Assembly: GCA_027493405.1 (NCBI GenBank)
Contig: JAOSKV010000001.1
Location: 1,196,355-1,260,354, forward strand
Source: Xanthobacteraceae bacterium
GTDB taxonomy: Bacteria > Pseudomonadota > Alphaproteobacteria > Rhizobiales > Xanthobacteraceae
DNA length: 64,000 nt
Reading direction: 5' to 3'
The first letter of the stretch is position 1, and each line of letters begins with the position of its first letter. Made by a program: the position numbers and the translations under genes. Below the pieces are notes generated by a model that had not been told where the DNA came from, made no database searches, and saw only the letters and a program-made list of their open reading frames with translations. Below, one piece after another: positions 47,836 to 58,236 of the stretch.

Positions 47836-49484
47836 ATGGCATACGCACACGCACAACGCTCCCTGACCATCGGCGAAGGGGGGCTCGCAGCCTTCTTCGT
47901 CGTCACGGCGTTTCTCACTCTGGTCGCGGCGGCCAAGGCCGAGGACGCTGCCTTCGCGTTCCATGCCTATCTCGGCGCCGCCGCGAGCGTCGCGGCGGTC
48001 TTCGCCGTCTTCAACCGCTATTTCCGCACGCCGGAGCTGCCGCCGCAGGAGATCGACGGGCGTCCGAACTACCAGCTCGGCCCGGTCAAGTTCGCGACCG
48101 CGGCCGCCGTGCTCTGGGGCATCGCGGGCTTCACGGTCGGCCTGATCATCGCGCTGCAGCTCGCCTATCCGGCGCTCAATTTCGACCTGCCGTGGACCAA
48201 TTTCGGGCGCCTGCGCCCGCTGCACACGTCGGCCGTGATCTTCGCCTTCGGCGGCAACGTGCTGATCGCGACCTCGCTCTACGTGGTGCAGCGCACGAGC
48301 CGCACCCGCATCGCCGGCGACCTCGCCCCCTGGTTCGTCGTGCTCGGCTACAACTTCTTCATCCTGATCGCGGGCACCGGCTACCTGCTGGGCGTCACCC
48401 AGTCGAAGGAATATGCCGAGCCCGAATGGTACGCCGACCTGTGGCTGACGATCGTCTGGGTGGTCTACCTGCTGGTCTTCATGGGCACCCTGATGAAGCG
48501 GAAAGAGCCGCACATCTTCGTCGCCAACTGGTTCTATCTCGCCTTCATCATCACCATCGCGGTGCTGCATCTCGGCAACAATGCGACGCTGCCGGTGTCG
48601 GCGTTCGGCTCCAAGTCCTACATCGCCTGGGGGGCGTGCAGGACGCCATGTTCCAGTGGTGGTACGGCCACAACGCCGTCGGCTTCTTCCTCACCGCCGG
48701 CTTCCTCGGCATCATGTACTACTTCATCCCCAAGCGCGCCGAGCGCCCGATCTACTCCTACCGCCTGTCGATCATCCACTTCTGGGCGCTGATCTTCCTC
48801 TACATCTGGGCCGGCCCGCATCACCTCCACTACACGGCGCTGCCCGACTGGGCGCAGACGCTCGGCATGACCTTCTCGATCATGCTGTGGATGCCCTCCT
48901 GGGGCGGCATGATCAACGGCCTGATGACGCTCTCGGGCGCCTGGGACAAGCTGCGCACCGATCCGGTGCTGCGCATGATGGTGGTGTCGGTCGCCTTCTA
49001 CGGCATGTCGACCTTCGAGGGTCCGCTGATGTCCGTGAAGGCGGTCAACTCGCTCTCGCACTACACCGACTGGACCATCGGCCACGTCCACTCCGGCGCC
49101 CTCGGCTGGGTCGCCTTCGTCTCCTTCGGCGCCGTCTACAGCCTGGTGCCCTGGCTCTGGAACCGCAAGCAGCTCTACAGCCTCAAGCTCGTCAACTGGC
49201 ACTTCTGGATCGCGACCATCGGCATCGTCCTCTACATCTCGGCGATGTGGGTGTCCGGGATCCTGCAGGGCCTGATGTGGCGCGCCTACACGAGCCTCGG
49301 GTTCCTCGAATACTCCTTCATCGAGACCGTGGAGGCGATGCATCCCTTCTACCTGATCCGGGCCGCGGGCGGCGCGCTGTTCGTCGCGGGCGCGCTGATC
49401 ATGGCCTGGAACCTCTGGATGACGGTGCGCAGCGGCGAGGCCGAATCGGCCGCCCCGCGCGCGGCGCTCCAGCCTGCCGAGTGA
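47836..49484 (+). pseudogene. ccoN: cbb3-type cytochrome c oxidase subunit I; frame break in a G-run near 48628-48636
   Basis: ORF 47836..48792 reads correctly up to ...SKSYIAWG and then nonsense. The frame of ORF 47781..49484 continues [33 protein letters not shown]...[18 protein letters not shown]. Confidence 0.9.
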
Positions 49485-49493
49485 GGAGCCAAC

Positions 49494-50228
49494 ATGTCGT
49501 TCTGGACACGCCATCAGATCCTCGAGAAGAACTCGATCCTTCTCGTGATCGGCATCCTGCTGGTCGTCGCGGTCGGCGGACTGGTCGAGATCGCTCCACT
49601 CTTCTACCTGAAGAGCACGATCGAGAAGGTCGACGGCATGCGGCCCTACACGCCGCTCGAGCTCGCCGGCCGCGCGATCTACATCCGCGAGGGCTGCTAC
49701 AGCTGCCACTCGCAGATGGTGCGCACCCTGCGCGACGAGGTGGAGCGCTACGGCCACTACTCGCTGGCCGCCGAGAGCATGTACGACCATCCCTTCCAGT
49801 GGGGATCGAAGCGCACCGGGCCCGACCTCGCCCGCGTCGGCGGCAAGTATTCGGACGAGTGGCATGTCGCGCACATGGTCAATCCGCGCGCCGTGGTGCC
49901 GCAGTCGATCATGCCGGGCTACCCCTTCCTGGCCGCGACCGACCTCGACTTCCGCGGCATCGCGGCCCACCTGAAGGCCAACCGCGCGGTCGGCGTGCCC
50001 TACACGGACGCGCAGGTCGAGAATGCGGCCGCCGACCTGAAGGCGCAGGCGACCCCGGACGACGCCGGGATCGGCGACCTGCAGGCCCGCTACCCCAAGT
50101 CGATCGCCCGCGACTTCGACGGCAATCCGGCCCGCATCACCGAGATGGACGCGCTCGTCGCCTATCTCCAGATGCTCGGCACGCTCGTCGACTTCAAGAG
50201 CTACGACGCCAAGGTCAACCTGCGGTGA
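49494..50228 (+). CDS. ccoO: cbb3-type cytochrome c oxidase subunit II (monoheme)
   Basis: [12 protein letters not shown] (CxxCH); [23 protein letters not shown]. Confidence 0.93.
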   Translation: MSFWTRHQILEKNSILLVIGILLVVAVGGLVEIAPLFYLKSTIEKVDGMRPYTPLELAGRAIYIREGCYSCHSQMVRTLRDEVERYGHYSLAAESMYDHPFQWGSKRTGPDLARVGGKYSDEWHVAHMVNPRAVVPQSIMPGYPFLAATDLDFRGIAAHLKANRAVGVPYTDAQVENAAADLKAQATPDDAGIGDLQARYPKSIARDFDGNPARITEMDALVAYLQMLGTLVDFKSYDAKVNLR

Positions 50229-50241
50229 CGGGGACGCGAAG

Positions 50242-50406
50242 ATGAAAGCCATCGTCACGGTGCAGAGCTTCGTCTCCGACCTCGTCGTCAGCGTCTGGAC
50301 GCCGCTCTTCGTCATCCTGTTCGTCGCAATCGTCGCCTACGCGCTCTGGCCGCGCAACAAGAAGAAGTTCGACGCCGCCGCGCGCATGCCGCTGAGAGAG
50401 GACTGA
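50242..50406 (+). CDS. ccoQ: cbb3-type cytochrome oxidase small subunit CcoQ/FixQ (54 aa; below the ORF-track size cutoff)
   Basis: My own translation: MKAIVTVQSFVSDLVVSVWTPLFVILFVAIVAYALWPRNKKKFDAAARMPLRED. GGGGA RBS. Canonical position between ccoO and ccoP. Confidence 0.8.
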   Translation: MKAIVTVQSFVSDLVVSVWTPLFVILFVAIVAYALWPRNKKKFDAAARMPLRED

Positions 50407-50412
50407 GGAACC

Positions 50413-51285
50413 ATGGCCGATCACAAGGAAGTCGATGCCCTCTCCGGCACCGCCACCACGGGCCACGCGTGGGACGGCATCAAGGAGCTCAACACGCCGC
50501 TGCCGCGCTGGTGGGTGCTGGTCTTCTACGCCACCATCGTCTGGTCGGTGGGCTACTGGGTGGTCTATCCGGCCTGGCCGCTGGTCTCGAACTACACCGC
50601 GGGCGTGTTCGGCTATTCCTCCCGCGGCGACGTCGCCGCCGAGCTGGCCGAGCTGCAGAAGGTCCGCGGCGCCAAGTCCACGGCGCTCGCCGATGCGACG
50701 CTCGCCGACGTCGAGAAGGACCAGGGCCTGCTCGCCTTCGCGCGCGCCCAGGGCAAGGCCGCCTTCGGCGACAACTGCGCCCCCTGCCACGGCAGCGGCG
50801 CCACCGGCTCGCGCGGCTATCCCAACCTCAACGACGACGACTGGCTGTGGGGCGGAACCGTCGATGAGATCCACCAGACCATCACGGTGGGCATCCGCTC
50901 GGGCCACGCCAAGGCGCGCGAGAACCAGATGCCGGCCTTCGGCCGCGACGGCATGCTCAAGCGCCCCGAGATCGTCGAGGTCGCGAACTACGTCCGCTCG
51001 CTCTCCGGCCTGCCGGTCCGTCCCGGCAGCAATCTCGAGGCCGGCAAGAAGATCTTCGCCGAGAACTGCGTCGCCTGCCACGGCGACGACGGCAAGGGCA
51101 ATGCCGAGCTCGGCGGGCCGAACCTGACCGACCGCATCTGGCTCTACGGCTCCGACGAGGCCACCATCGCCGATGTCGTCACGAACTCCCGCAACGGCGT
51201 GATGCCGGCCTGGGAGGGACGCCTCGACCCCGTGACCATCAAGGCGCTCGCGGTCTACGTCCACACCCTCGGCGGCGGCAAGTGA
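50413..51285 (+). CDS. ccoP: cbb3-type cytochrome c oxidase subunit III (diheme)
   Basis: GHAWDGIKELNTPLPRWW; two CxxCH motifs (CAPCHG, CVACHG). Confidence 0.93.
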   Translation: MADHKEVDALSGTATTGHAWDGIKELNTPLPRWWVLVFYATIVWSVGYWVVYPAWPLVSNYTAGVFGYSSRGDVAAELAELQKVRGAKSTALADATLADVEKDQGLLAFARAQGKAAFGDNCAPCHGSGATGSRGYPNLNDDDWLWGGTVDEIHQTITVGIRSGHAKARENQMPAFGRDGMLKRPEIVEVANYVRSLSGLPVRPGSNLEAGKKIFAENCVACHGDDGKGNAELGGPNLTDRIWLYGSDEATIADVVTNSRNGVMPAWEGRLDPVTIKALAVYVHTLGGGK

Positions 51286-51418
51286 CGGCGGGCCGCGCGC
51301 CCGCGCGGCCCCCCACGGCATGCGCGGGGTCGTCCCGCGCATCCGTGTCCTCGCGGTCGATGCCGAGCCTGATCGGCCGGGCGGACGTCGGGCATGACGC
51401 AACGGCGCCTGGGCCCCG

Positions 51419-51432
51419 TTTGAGATCGATCA
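51419..51432. promoter_or_regulatory. FixK/FNR-type box TTGAGATCGATCAA upstream of ccoG
   Basis: Matches TTGA-N6-TCAA. A class II geometry would put the TSS near 51467, which favours the ccoG start at 51495. Confidence 0.65.
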
Positions 51433-51494
51433 AGGCGGGCGGGCGCCGCGGCGCCTAGATGGAGGCTTCCGGTTCCAATCCGGTCCCCCCGCCG

Positions 51495-52943
51495 ATGAAC
51501 AAGATGACAGACCCCGCCGATCTCGACTTCGGGCCCCTCTACGAGGCCCACAAGAAGGTCTATCCCCAGAGCGTCTCCGGCACCTTCCGCAACATCAAGT
51601 GGGCGCTGCTGGCGATCTGCCTCGGCATCTACTACCTGCTGCCCTTCGTGCGCTGGGACCGCGGCCCGCTCGCGCCGAGCCAGGCCGTGCTGATCGATTT
51701 CCCGAACCGCCGCTTCTACTTCTTCTTCATCGAGATCTGGCCGCAGGAGGTCTACTACTTCACGGGCCTGCTGATCATCGCGGCCATGGCGCTGTTCCTG
51801 ATGAACGCCGTCGGCGGGCGCATCTGGTGCGGCTATCTCTGCCCGCAGACCGTCTGGACCGACCTGTTCTACGCGGTCGAGCGCTGGATCGAGGGCGACC
51901 GCCGCGAGCGCATGAAGAAGGACAAGACCGGCTTCACGGCGCGGCGTGCCCTCGAGCTCACGGCCAAGCATGCGATCTGGCTGATGATCGCCTGGTGGAC
52001 CGGCGGCGCCTGGGTGCTCTATTTCTCGGATGCCCCGACGCTGGTGAAGGACCTCGCCACCTTCCAGGCTCCGTTCATCGCCTATGCCTGGATCGGCATC
52101 CTCACCTTCACGACCTACACGCTCGCCGGGTTCATGCGCGAGCAGGTCTGCGTCTACATGTGCCCCTGGCCGCGCATCCAGGCGGCGCTGACCGACGAGT
52201 GGGCGCTCAACGTCACCTACCGCCACGACCGCGGCGAGCCGCGCATGTCGGTCAAGAAGGCCGAGGAGCTTCGCGCCCAGGGCGCGCCGGCCGGCGACTG
52301 CATCGACTGCCGCCAGTGCGTCGCGGTGTGCCCCACCGGCATCGACATCCGCGACGGCGCGCAGCTCGAATGCATCATGTGCGGCCTGTGCATCGACGCC
52401 TGCGACAACGTCATGGAGAAGATCGGCCGGCCGACGCGGCTGATCGCCTACGACAACGAGATCAACATCAATCGCCGCATGGAAGGCGAGCCGGAGATCT
52501 ACCGGCCCGTTCGCCCGCGCACCATCGCCTACACGCTCATCATCGCGGCGGTCGGCGGCCTGATGCTCTACACGCTGCTCACCCGCGCGCTGCTCGACGT
52601 CAGCGTGCTGCACGACCGCAACCCGCTCTTCGTCGCCCTCTCGGACGGCTCGGTGCGCAACGCCTACACGGTCCGCTTCATCAACAAGCGGCCGGAGGCC
52701 CGCGCCTTCGCGCTCGACGTCGAGGGCCTGCCCTATCCGCTGGTGACCGTGGTCGGCACCGACTCGATCGTGGTCGGCGAGCCGCTGGTCGCGGTCGGCC
52801 CCGACCAGACCCGCGAGGTGCGGGTGCTGGTCACGGTCCCGGCCGGGCGGCCGCTCGACAAGTCCACCCCCGTCACCTTCAAGGCGATCGACATGGAGAG
52901 CCGCGAGATCGCCACGGCGCGCGACCACTTCATCGCGCCCTGA
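51495..52943 (+). CDS. ccoG: cytochrome c oxidase accessory protein CcoG/FixG (4Fe-4S ferredoxin membrane protein)
   Basis: KKVYPQSVSGTFRNIKW; CGYLCPQT; CVYMCPW; CIDCRQCVAVCPTGIDIRDG...CIMCGLCIDACD. The ORF track start at 51459 is an alternative. Confidence 0.9.
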   Translation: MNKMTDPADLDFGPLYEAHKKVYPQSVSGTFRNIKWALLAICLGIYYLLPFVRWDRGPLAPSQAVLIDFPNRRFYFFFIEIWPQEVYYFTGLLIIAAMALFLMNAVGGRIWCGYLCPQTVWTDLFYAVERWIEGDRRERMKKDKTGFTARRALELTAKHAIWLMIAWWTGGAWVLYFSDAPTLVKDLATFQAPFIAYAWIGILTFTTYTLAGFMREQVCVYMCPWPRIQAALTDEWALNVTYRHDRGEPRMSVKKAEELRAQGAPAGDCIDCRQCVAVCPTGIDIRDGAQLECIMCGLCIDACDNVMEKIGRPTRLIAYDNEININRRMEGEPEIYRPVRPRTIAYTLIIAAVGGLMLYTLLTRALLDVSVLHDRNPLFVALSDGSVRNAYTVRFINKRPEARAFALDVEGLPYPLVTVVGTDSIVVGEPLVAVGPDQTREVRVLVTVPAGRPLDKSTPVTFKAIDMESREIATARDHFIAP

Positions 52944-52961
52944 ACCTCACTGGAGACATCG

Positions 52962-53456
52962 ATGGCCCCCGCATCGTCACGTCCTCTCACCGGCCGCCGC
53001 GTCCTCGTCTACCTGCTCGCGTTCTTCGGCATCGTGTTCGCGGCCAATGGCGTGCTGATCAAGGTCGCGCTCGACACCATGCCGGGCCTCGAGGTGGAGA
53101 GCGCCTACCGGGCCTCGCTCGCCTTCAATCGCGAAGCCCGCGCCGCGGAGGCGCAGGCCGCGCGCGGCTGGCGCGTCGAGGCCCATGTGGAGCGCGACCC
53201 GGCCGGCCGGGCGACGATCCGGGTCGAGGCGCGCGACCGCGCCGGCGCGCCGCTGGCGGGCCTCGCCTTCTCGGCGCGCCTGGCGCGCCCGGCCGACAAG
53301 CGGCTCGACCGCGAGATCGCGCTCGCCGAGCGCGAGAGCGGCATCTACCGCGGCACCCTCGAGGACGTCGCCCTCGGCCAGTGGGACCTGGTGCTCGAGG
53401 CCGAGCGCGCGAGCGCCTCGCTGTTCCGCGCGCGCAACCGCGTCGTGCTCCGGTAG
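52962..53456 (+). CDS. ccoH: FixH family protein (CcoH)
   Basis: LTGRRVLVYLLAFFGIVFAANGVLI...GLEVESAYRASLAFN. Confidence 0.88.
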   Translation: MAPASSRPLTGRRVLVYLLAFFGIVFAANGVLIKVALDTMPGLEVESAYRASLAFNREARAAEAQAARGWRVEAHVERDPAGRATIRVEARDRAGAPLAGLAFSARLARPADKRLDREIALAERESGIYRGTLEDVALGQWDLVLEAERASASLFRARNRVVLR

Positions 53457-53474
53457 CCGCCGCCCGGCCGAACC

Positions 53475-55664
53475 ATGCCCGAGACCCGCGATCTCTCCCA
53501 CTTCGTCAAGCGTCTCGACGGCGGGGTCGCGCATATCGATCTCGCGGTCGAGGGGATCACCTGCGCGGCCTGCATGGTCGCGATCGAGGACGGGCTCTCC
53601 GCCGTCCCCGAGGTCACCCGCGCGCGCGTCAACCTCACCAACCGGCGCGTCGCCGTGGAATGGCGGGACGGGGCGCTCGATCCGGTGCGCGTGATCGACC
53701 GGCTCGCCGATCTCGGCTACCGCGCCTATCCGTTCGAGCCCGCGAGCGCCGAGGCCGAGGAGGAGAAGGAGTCCCGCTTCCTGCTGCGCTGCCTCGGCGT
53801 CGCCGCCTTCGCGATGATGAACGTGATGCTGCTCTCGGTCTCGGTCTGGTCCGGCAACGCCACCGACATCACGCCCGAGCAGCGCGATTTCTTCCACTGG
53901 CTCTCGGCCCTGATCGCCCTGCCGGCCGCCGCCTATGCGGGCCAGCCCTTCTTCCGCTCCGCCATGCGCGCCCTGATGGCCAGGAGCCTCAACATGGACG
54001 TGCCGATCACGCTCGGCGTGCTGCTCGCGCTCGGCATGTCGGTGGTCGAGACCCTGAACCACGCCGAGCACGCCTATTTCGACTCGGCCGTCATGCTGCT
54101 CACCTTCCTGCTCGCCGGGCGTTTCCTCGACCAGAACATGCGCCGGCGCACCCGCGCGGTCGCCGGCAACCTGGCGGCGTTGAAGGCCGAGACCGCCTCC
54201 AAGTTCGTGACCCCGGAGGAGATCCGCGAGGTGCCGATCGCCGCGATCCATGCGGGCGACCTGGTGCTGGTGCGGCCCGGCGAGCGCATCGCCGTGGACG
54301 GCGTCGTCACCGAGGGCCGCTCGGAGATCGACCAGAGCCTGGTGACCGGCGAGACCGCCCATGTGGCGGCCGCCCGGGGGACGCAGGTCTATGCCGGGAC
54401 CCTGAACGTCTCGGGCACGCTGCGCGTGCGCGTGAGCGCGGCCGCCAAGGGCACGCTGCTCGACGAGGTCACGCGCCTGCTCGACAACGCGGTCCAGGCC
54501 CGCTCGCGCTACGTGCGCCTCGCCGACCGCGCCTCGCGGCTCTACGCGCCGGTCGTGCATTTGACCGCCTTGGCGACCGTGCTGGGCTGGCTCGCGCTCG
54601 GCGCCGGCTGGCACTTCGCCATCGTCACGGCCATCGCGGTCCTGATCATCACGTGTCCCTGCGCGCTGGCGCTGGCGATCCCCGCCGTGCAGGTGGTCGC
54701 CTCCGGCGCGCTGTTCCGCGCCAATGTGCTCCTCAATGCGGGCGACGCCATCGAGCGCCTGGCCGGGACCGACACGGTGGTATTCGACAAGACCGGGACG
54801 CTGACGCTGCCCGAGCCCGCGCTCGCCAATGCGGGCGACGTTCCGGCCGAGACGCTCGCGCTCGCCGGGCGCCTCGCGCTCGCCAGCCGCCATCCGCTCG
54901 CCGCCGCGGTCGCCCGCGCGGCCGGCGCCCGGGAGCCGCTTGCGGACGCCGTGGAGGAGCCCGGCCAGGGCGTGCGCGCCGAGCTCGCCGGGCAGGAGCT
55001 CCGGCTCGGCCGTCCGTCCTTCTGCGGCGCCGGGCGCGAGGCCGCGGCGCTCGCCGCCGCCGACCCCGAGGCCTCGCTGATCGCCTTCGCGCACGGAACC
55101 GAGCGCGTCGTCTTCGCGGTGCGCCAGCGGCTGCGCCCGGACGCGGTCGCGGTCGTGGGGCGCCTCAAGCGGCGCGGCATCGCGGTGGAGATCCTCTCGG
55201 GCGACCGCCCCAGCGCGGTGGCGCCGGTGGCGCGGGCCCTCGGCATCGCCGAGAGCCGCGCCGGCGTCACGCCGGCCGAGAAGATCGCCCGCATCGAGGA
55301 TCTCAAGCGCGCCGGCCGCAAGGTGTTGATGGTCGGCGACGGCCTCAACGATGCGCCCGCGCTCGCCGCCGCCGACGTCTCGCTCTCGCCCGTCACCGCG
55401 GTGCACCTCACCCAGGCCGCGGCCGACGCCGTGTTCCTCGGCGACCGCCTCGCGCCCGTGGCGGACGCCCTCGCGCTCTCCGCCAAGGCCCGGCGCGTGA
55501 TGCGCGGGAACCTGTGGCTCGCCGTGGTCTACAATGCGGTCGCGGTGCCGGTCGCGGTGCTCGGCTTCGTTACGCCCCTGATCGCCGCGCTGGCGATGTC
55601 CGGTTCTTCCGTGCTCGTCACCCTCAACGCGCTGCGCGCGCGCCACTTGCCGGAGGTGCGCTGA
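53475..55664 (+). CDS. ccoI: copper-translocating P-type ATPase CcoI/FixI
   Basis: N-terminal CxxC metal-binding domain (GITCAACM), the CPC motif in ITCPCALALA, DKTGTLT, GDGLNDAPAL. Confidence 0.92.
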   Translation: MPETRDLSHFVKRLDGGVAHIDLAVEGITCAACMVAIEDGLSAVPEVTRARVNLTNRRVAVEWRDGALDPVRVIDRLADLGYRAYPFEPASAEAEEEKESRFLLRCLGVAAFAMMNVMLLSVSVWSGNATDITPEQRDFFHWLSALIALPAAAYAGQPFFRSAMRALMARSLNMDVPITLGVLLALGMSVVETLNHAEHAYFDSAVMLLTFLLAGRFLDQNMRRRTRAVAGNLAALKAETASKFVTPEEIREVPIAAIHAGDLVLVRPGERIAVDGVVTEGRSEIDQSLVTGETAHVAAARGTQVYAGTLNVSGTLRVRVSAAAKGTLLDEVTRLLDNAVQARSRYVRLADRASRLYAPVVHLTALATVLGWLALGAGWHFAIVTAIAVLIITCPCALALAIPAVQVVASGALFRANVLLNAGDAIERLAGTDTVVFDKTGTLTLPEPALANAGDVPAETLALAGRLALASRHPLAAAVARAAGAREPLADAVEEPGQGVRAELAGQELRLGRPSFCGAGREAAALAAADPEASLIAFAHGTERVVFAVRQRLRPDAVAVVGRLKRRGIAVEILSGDRPSAVAPVARALGIAESRAGVTPAEKIARIEDLKRAGRKVLMVGDGLNDAPALAAADVSLSPVTAVHLTQAAADAVFLGDRLAPVADALALSAKARRVMRGNLWLAVVYNAVAVPVAVLGFVTPLIAALAMSGSSVLVTLNALRARHLPEVR

Positions 55665-55834
55665 TGGAGGTCCTGGTCTACCTGGTGCCGCTCGCCCTCG
55701 GCCTCGGCCTGCTCGGCCTCGTCGCCTTCCTCTGGTCGCTCAAGTCCGGCCAGTACGACGACCTCGACGGCGCCGCCTGGCGCGCCATCATGGACGACGA
55801 CGAGAAGCCCGCAGACAAGACGGGCCCGTCCTGA
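55664..55834 (+). CDS. ccoS: cbb3 oxidase maturation protein CcoS/FixS (56 aa)
   Basis: The start overlaps the ccoI stop (TGATG). MEVLVYLVPLALGLGLLGLVAFLWSLKSGQYDDLDGAAWR. Confidence 0.85.
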   Translation: MEVLVYLVPLALGLGLLGLVAFLWSLKSGQYDDLDGAAWRAIMDDDEKPADKTGPS

Positions 55835-56054
55835 GCCGTCCCGGATCCCCGGGCCCGGGTATCGAACGACGGCTCACGCCAAGTGCTTGATTTGTCTAGA
55901 CCTGGCCCTGGACTTCGCGCCCGAGGCGGTAACGGTCGGCCCCGATACGCCGACGCCCGGCCAGGGCCGGGCGCACGACTTCGACGATGAGTTCTTGCGC
56001 CGTTTTGCCTGTCCGGTCAAACCGGACGGGGCCGCAATGATCGTTGTCGACAGG

Positions 56055-57281
56055 TCACTCCGCCGCCAGGGCGCGGTCGCTGAAGGTGAGCCCGAGGCGC
56101 TGCCAGACGTCGACCAGGGCCTCGGCGAGCGCGTCGATCAGGGCGTCGTCGTGGAACGGCGAGGGCGTGATGCGCAGCCGCTCCTGGCCGCGCGGCACCG
56201 TCGGATAGTTGATCGGCTGGATGTAGATGCCGTGCTGCTCGAGCAGCATGTCGCTCGCGGCCTTGCACTTCTCGGGGTCGCCGACGAACACCGGCACGAT
56301 ATGGGTGTCGCTCGCCATCACGGGCAGGCGCGCGGCATTGAGCACCGCCTTGAGGCGGGCCGCGCGGTCCTGGTGGCGCTCGCGCTCCCAGGTCGATGTC
56401 TTCAGGTGCCGGATCGCGGCGGTCGCGGCCGCGCACACGGCCGGCGGCAGCGCGGTCGTGAAGATGAAGCCCGGCGCATAGGAGCGCACCGCGTCGATGA
56501 CCGCCGCCTTGCCCGTGATGTAGCCGCCGAGGCAGCCGAAGGCCTTGGCGAGCGTGCCCTCGATCACGTCGATGCGGTGCGCGACGCCGTCGCGCTCGGT
56601 GACGCCGCCGCCGCGCCGGCCATACATGCCGACCGCGTGCACCTCGTCGCAGTAGGTCATCGCGTCGTAGCGCTCGGCGAGATCGCAGATCGCGTGCATC
56701 GGCGCGATGTCGCCGTCCATGGAATAGAGGCTCTCGAACACGATCAGCTTCGGCCGCTCGCCCGCCGCCCGCAGCAGCTCCTCCAGGTGGCCGACGTCGT
56801 TGTGGCGCCAGATCGCCCGGTCGCAGCTCGACTGGCGCACGCCCTCGATCATGGAATTGTGGTTGAGCGCGTCCGACAGGATCAGGCAGTTCGGGATCAG
56901 CTTGGCGATCGTGGCGATGCCGGCCTGGTTCGAGATGTAGCCCGAGGTGAAGACCAGGGCGCCGTCCTTGCCGTGCAGGTCGGCGAGCTCGCGCTCGAGC
57001 TCGACCAGCGGGTGATTCGTCCCCGAGATGTTGCGCGTGCCGCCCGCCCCGGTTCCCATCCGGGTCGCGGTCTCGACCATGGCGCCGATCACCTTGGGGT
57101 GCTGGCCCATGCCGAGATAGTCGTTGGAGCACCAGATCACGACCTCGCGCCGGCCCTGCGGGTGGTGCCAGACGGCGTGGGGGAAGCGTCCGGCCATGCG
57201 CTCCAGGTCGGCGAAGACCCGGTAGCGGCGTTCGTCCTTGAGGCGCGTCAGGGCGTCCGTGAAATACGAGTCGTAGTTCAT
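56055..57281 (-). CDS. hemA: 5-aminolevulinate synthase
   Basis: MNYDSYF...[11 protein letters not shown]...[13 protein letters not shown]...SLYSMDGD (PLP lysine region)...[11 protein letters not shown]. Confidence 0.93.
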   Translation of the reverse strand: MNYDSYFTDALTRLKDERRYRVFADLERMAGRFPHAVWHHPQGRREVVIWCSNDYLGMGQHPKVIGAMVETATRMGTGAGGTRNISGTNHPLVELERELADLHGKDGALVFTSGYISNQAGIATIAKLIPNCLILSDALNHNSMIEGVRQSSCDRAIWRHNDVGHLEELLRAAGERPKLIVFESLYSMDGDIAPMHAICDLAERYDAMTYCDEVHAVGMYGRRGGGVTERDGVAHRIDVIEGTLAKAFGCLGGYITGKAAVIDAVRSYAPGFIFTTALPPAVCAAATAAIRHLKTSTWERERHQDRAARLKAVLNAARLPVMASDTHIVPVFVGDPEKCKAASDMLLEQHGIYIQPINYPTVPRGQERLRITPSPFHDDALIDALAEALVDVWQRLGLTFSDRALAAE

Positions 57282-57377
57282 GAATCTGTCTCCGGGGGCC
57301 CTGTCTTTTCTCGATTTTTTAGAACCGTTCTGGACGGTTTGTCGAGGTGATAATCCTTCAAATCTGCCCCGCGATCG

Positions 57378-57391
57378 TTGACACGGATCAA
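57378..57391. promoter_or_regulatory. FixK/FNR-type box TTGACACGGATCAA between hemA and the hydratase gene
   Basis: TTGAC-N4-ATCAA. Centre is 103 nt from the hemA ATG and 75 nt from the ATG at 57460. Confidence 0.7.
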
Positions 57392-57459
57392 GGCTGGCGG
57401 ACCAATAGGAGGCGGCCCCGGGCGGTTGTCGCGGGGGCAGGGGGCGCCGGGGAGGACCC

Positions 57460-58233
57460 ATGGACACGAGCAGGCCCGCCGCCATGGCGGATTTCATGTG
57501 GCAGGCCCGCCGGCGCCGCGAGACCTACCGGAACCTGCCCGCGGACCTCGCCCCGCGCGATCTCGCCGAAGCCTATGCGGGCCAGGAGGCCTACTACGCC
57601 CTCGCCGAGCCGACCTACGGGCCGGTGGCGGGCGCCAAGATCGCGACCACGACCCGGGTCATGCAGGAGCTGATGGGCATCACCCATCCCTGCGCCGGGG
57701 CGATCTTCGCCCGCAGCATCCACGCCTCCCCGGCGCGCCTGCACCTGGCCGACTTCGTGAACCTCCGGATCGAGAGCGAGATCGCGCTCCGCCTCGGCGC
57801 CGACCTTGCGGCCGCCCGCGCGCCCTTCACCCGCGAGACGGTCGCCCCCGCGGTCGCGGCCGCCATGCCGGCCTTCGAGCTGATCGAGGACCGCCACGCG
57901 GTCTACCGCGAGACCGATGCCCGCTCGCTGATCGTCGAGAACTGCTGGAACGGCGGCATCGTCGTCGGCGCCGAGGTCGCGCGCCTTCCGGAGCTCGTGG
58001 CGATCCACGGCACGCTCGCGGTCAACGGCGCGACGGTCGGGGAGGGCGTGGCCGAGGACCCCTTCGCGACCCTTGCCTGGCTCGCCAACACGCTCGCCGA
58101 GCGCGGCCGCGGCCTCGCGGCCGGCATGGTGGTGATCACGGGGAGCGTCATCCCGACGGTCTCGGTCGCCCCGGGCGACCGCGCCGTGTTCCGGGTGGAC
58201 GGGCTCGGCGAGGCGGTGCTCGACGTTCTCTGA
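57460..58233 (+). CDS. 2-keto-4-pentenoate hydratase-like protein (MhpD/HpcG hydratase-decarboxylase family)
   Basis: 257 aa. ...[17 protein letters not shown]...[11 protein letters not shown]...PAFELIEDR...VVITGSV. Confidence 0.65.
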   Translation: MDTSRPAAMADFMWQARRRRETYRNLPADLAPRDLAEAYAGQEAYYALAEPTYGPVAGAKIATTTRVMQELMGITHPCAGAIFARSIHASPARLHLADFVNLRIESEIALRLGADLAAARAPFTRETVAPAVAAAMPAFELIEDRHAVYRETDARSLIVENCWNGGIVVGAEVARLPELVAIHGTLAVNGATVGEGVAEDPFATLAWLANTLAERGRGLAAGMVVITGSVIPTVSVAPGDRAVFRVDGLGEAVLDVL

Positions 58234-58236
58234 GTG

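Noticed and set aside
51286-51360. Two GC-rich hairpins between ccoP and ccoG (GGGCCGCGCG..CGCGCGGCCC and ATGCGCGGG..CCCGCGCAT)
   Set aside because: No U-tract follows either hairpin. They were not called as terminators, although they fit a separate FixK-driven ccoG promoter downstream.
51599-55663. Upstream part of the 1411-aa ORF 51599..55834
   Set aside because: It is an alternative frame across ccoG, ccoH and ccoI. Only its last 56 codons (ccoS, 55664..55834) are supported.
55832-55876. 9-bp-stem hairpin (TGAGCCGTC...GACGGCTCA) right after ccoS
   Set aside because: The loop is 27 nt and no U-tract follows, so I did not call it an intrinsic terminator. It may still be a stabilising structure.
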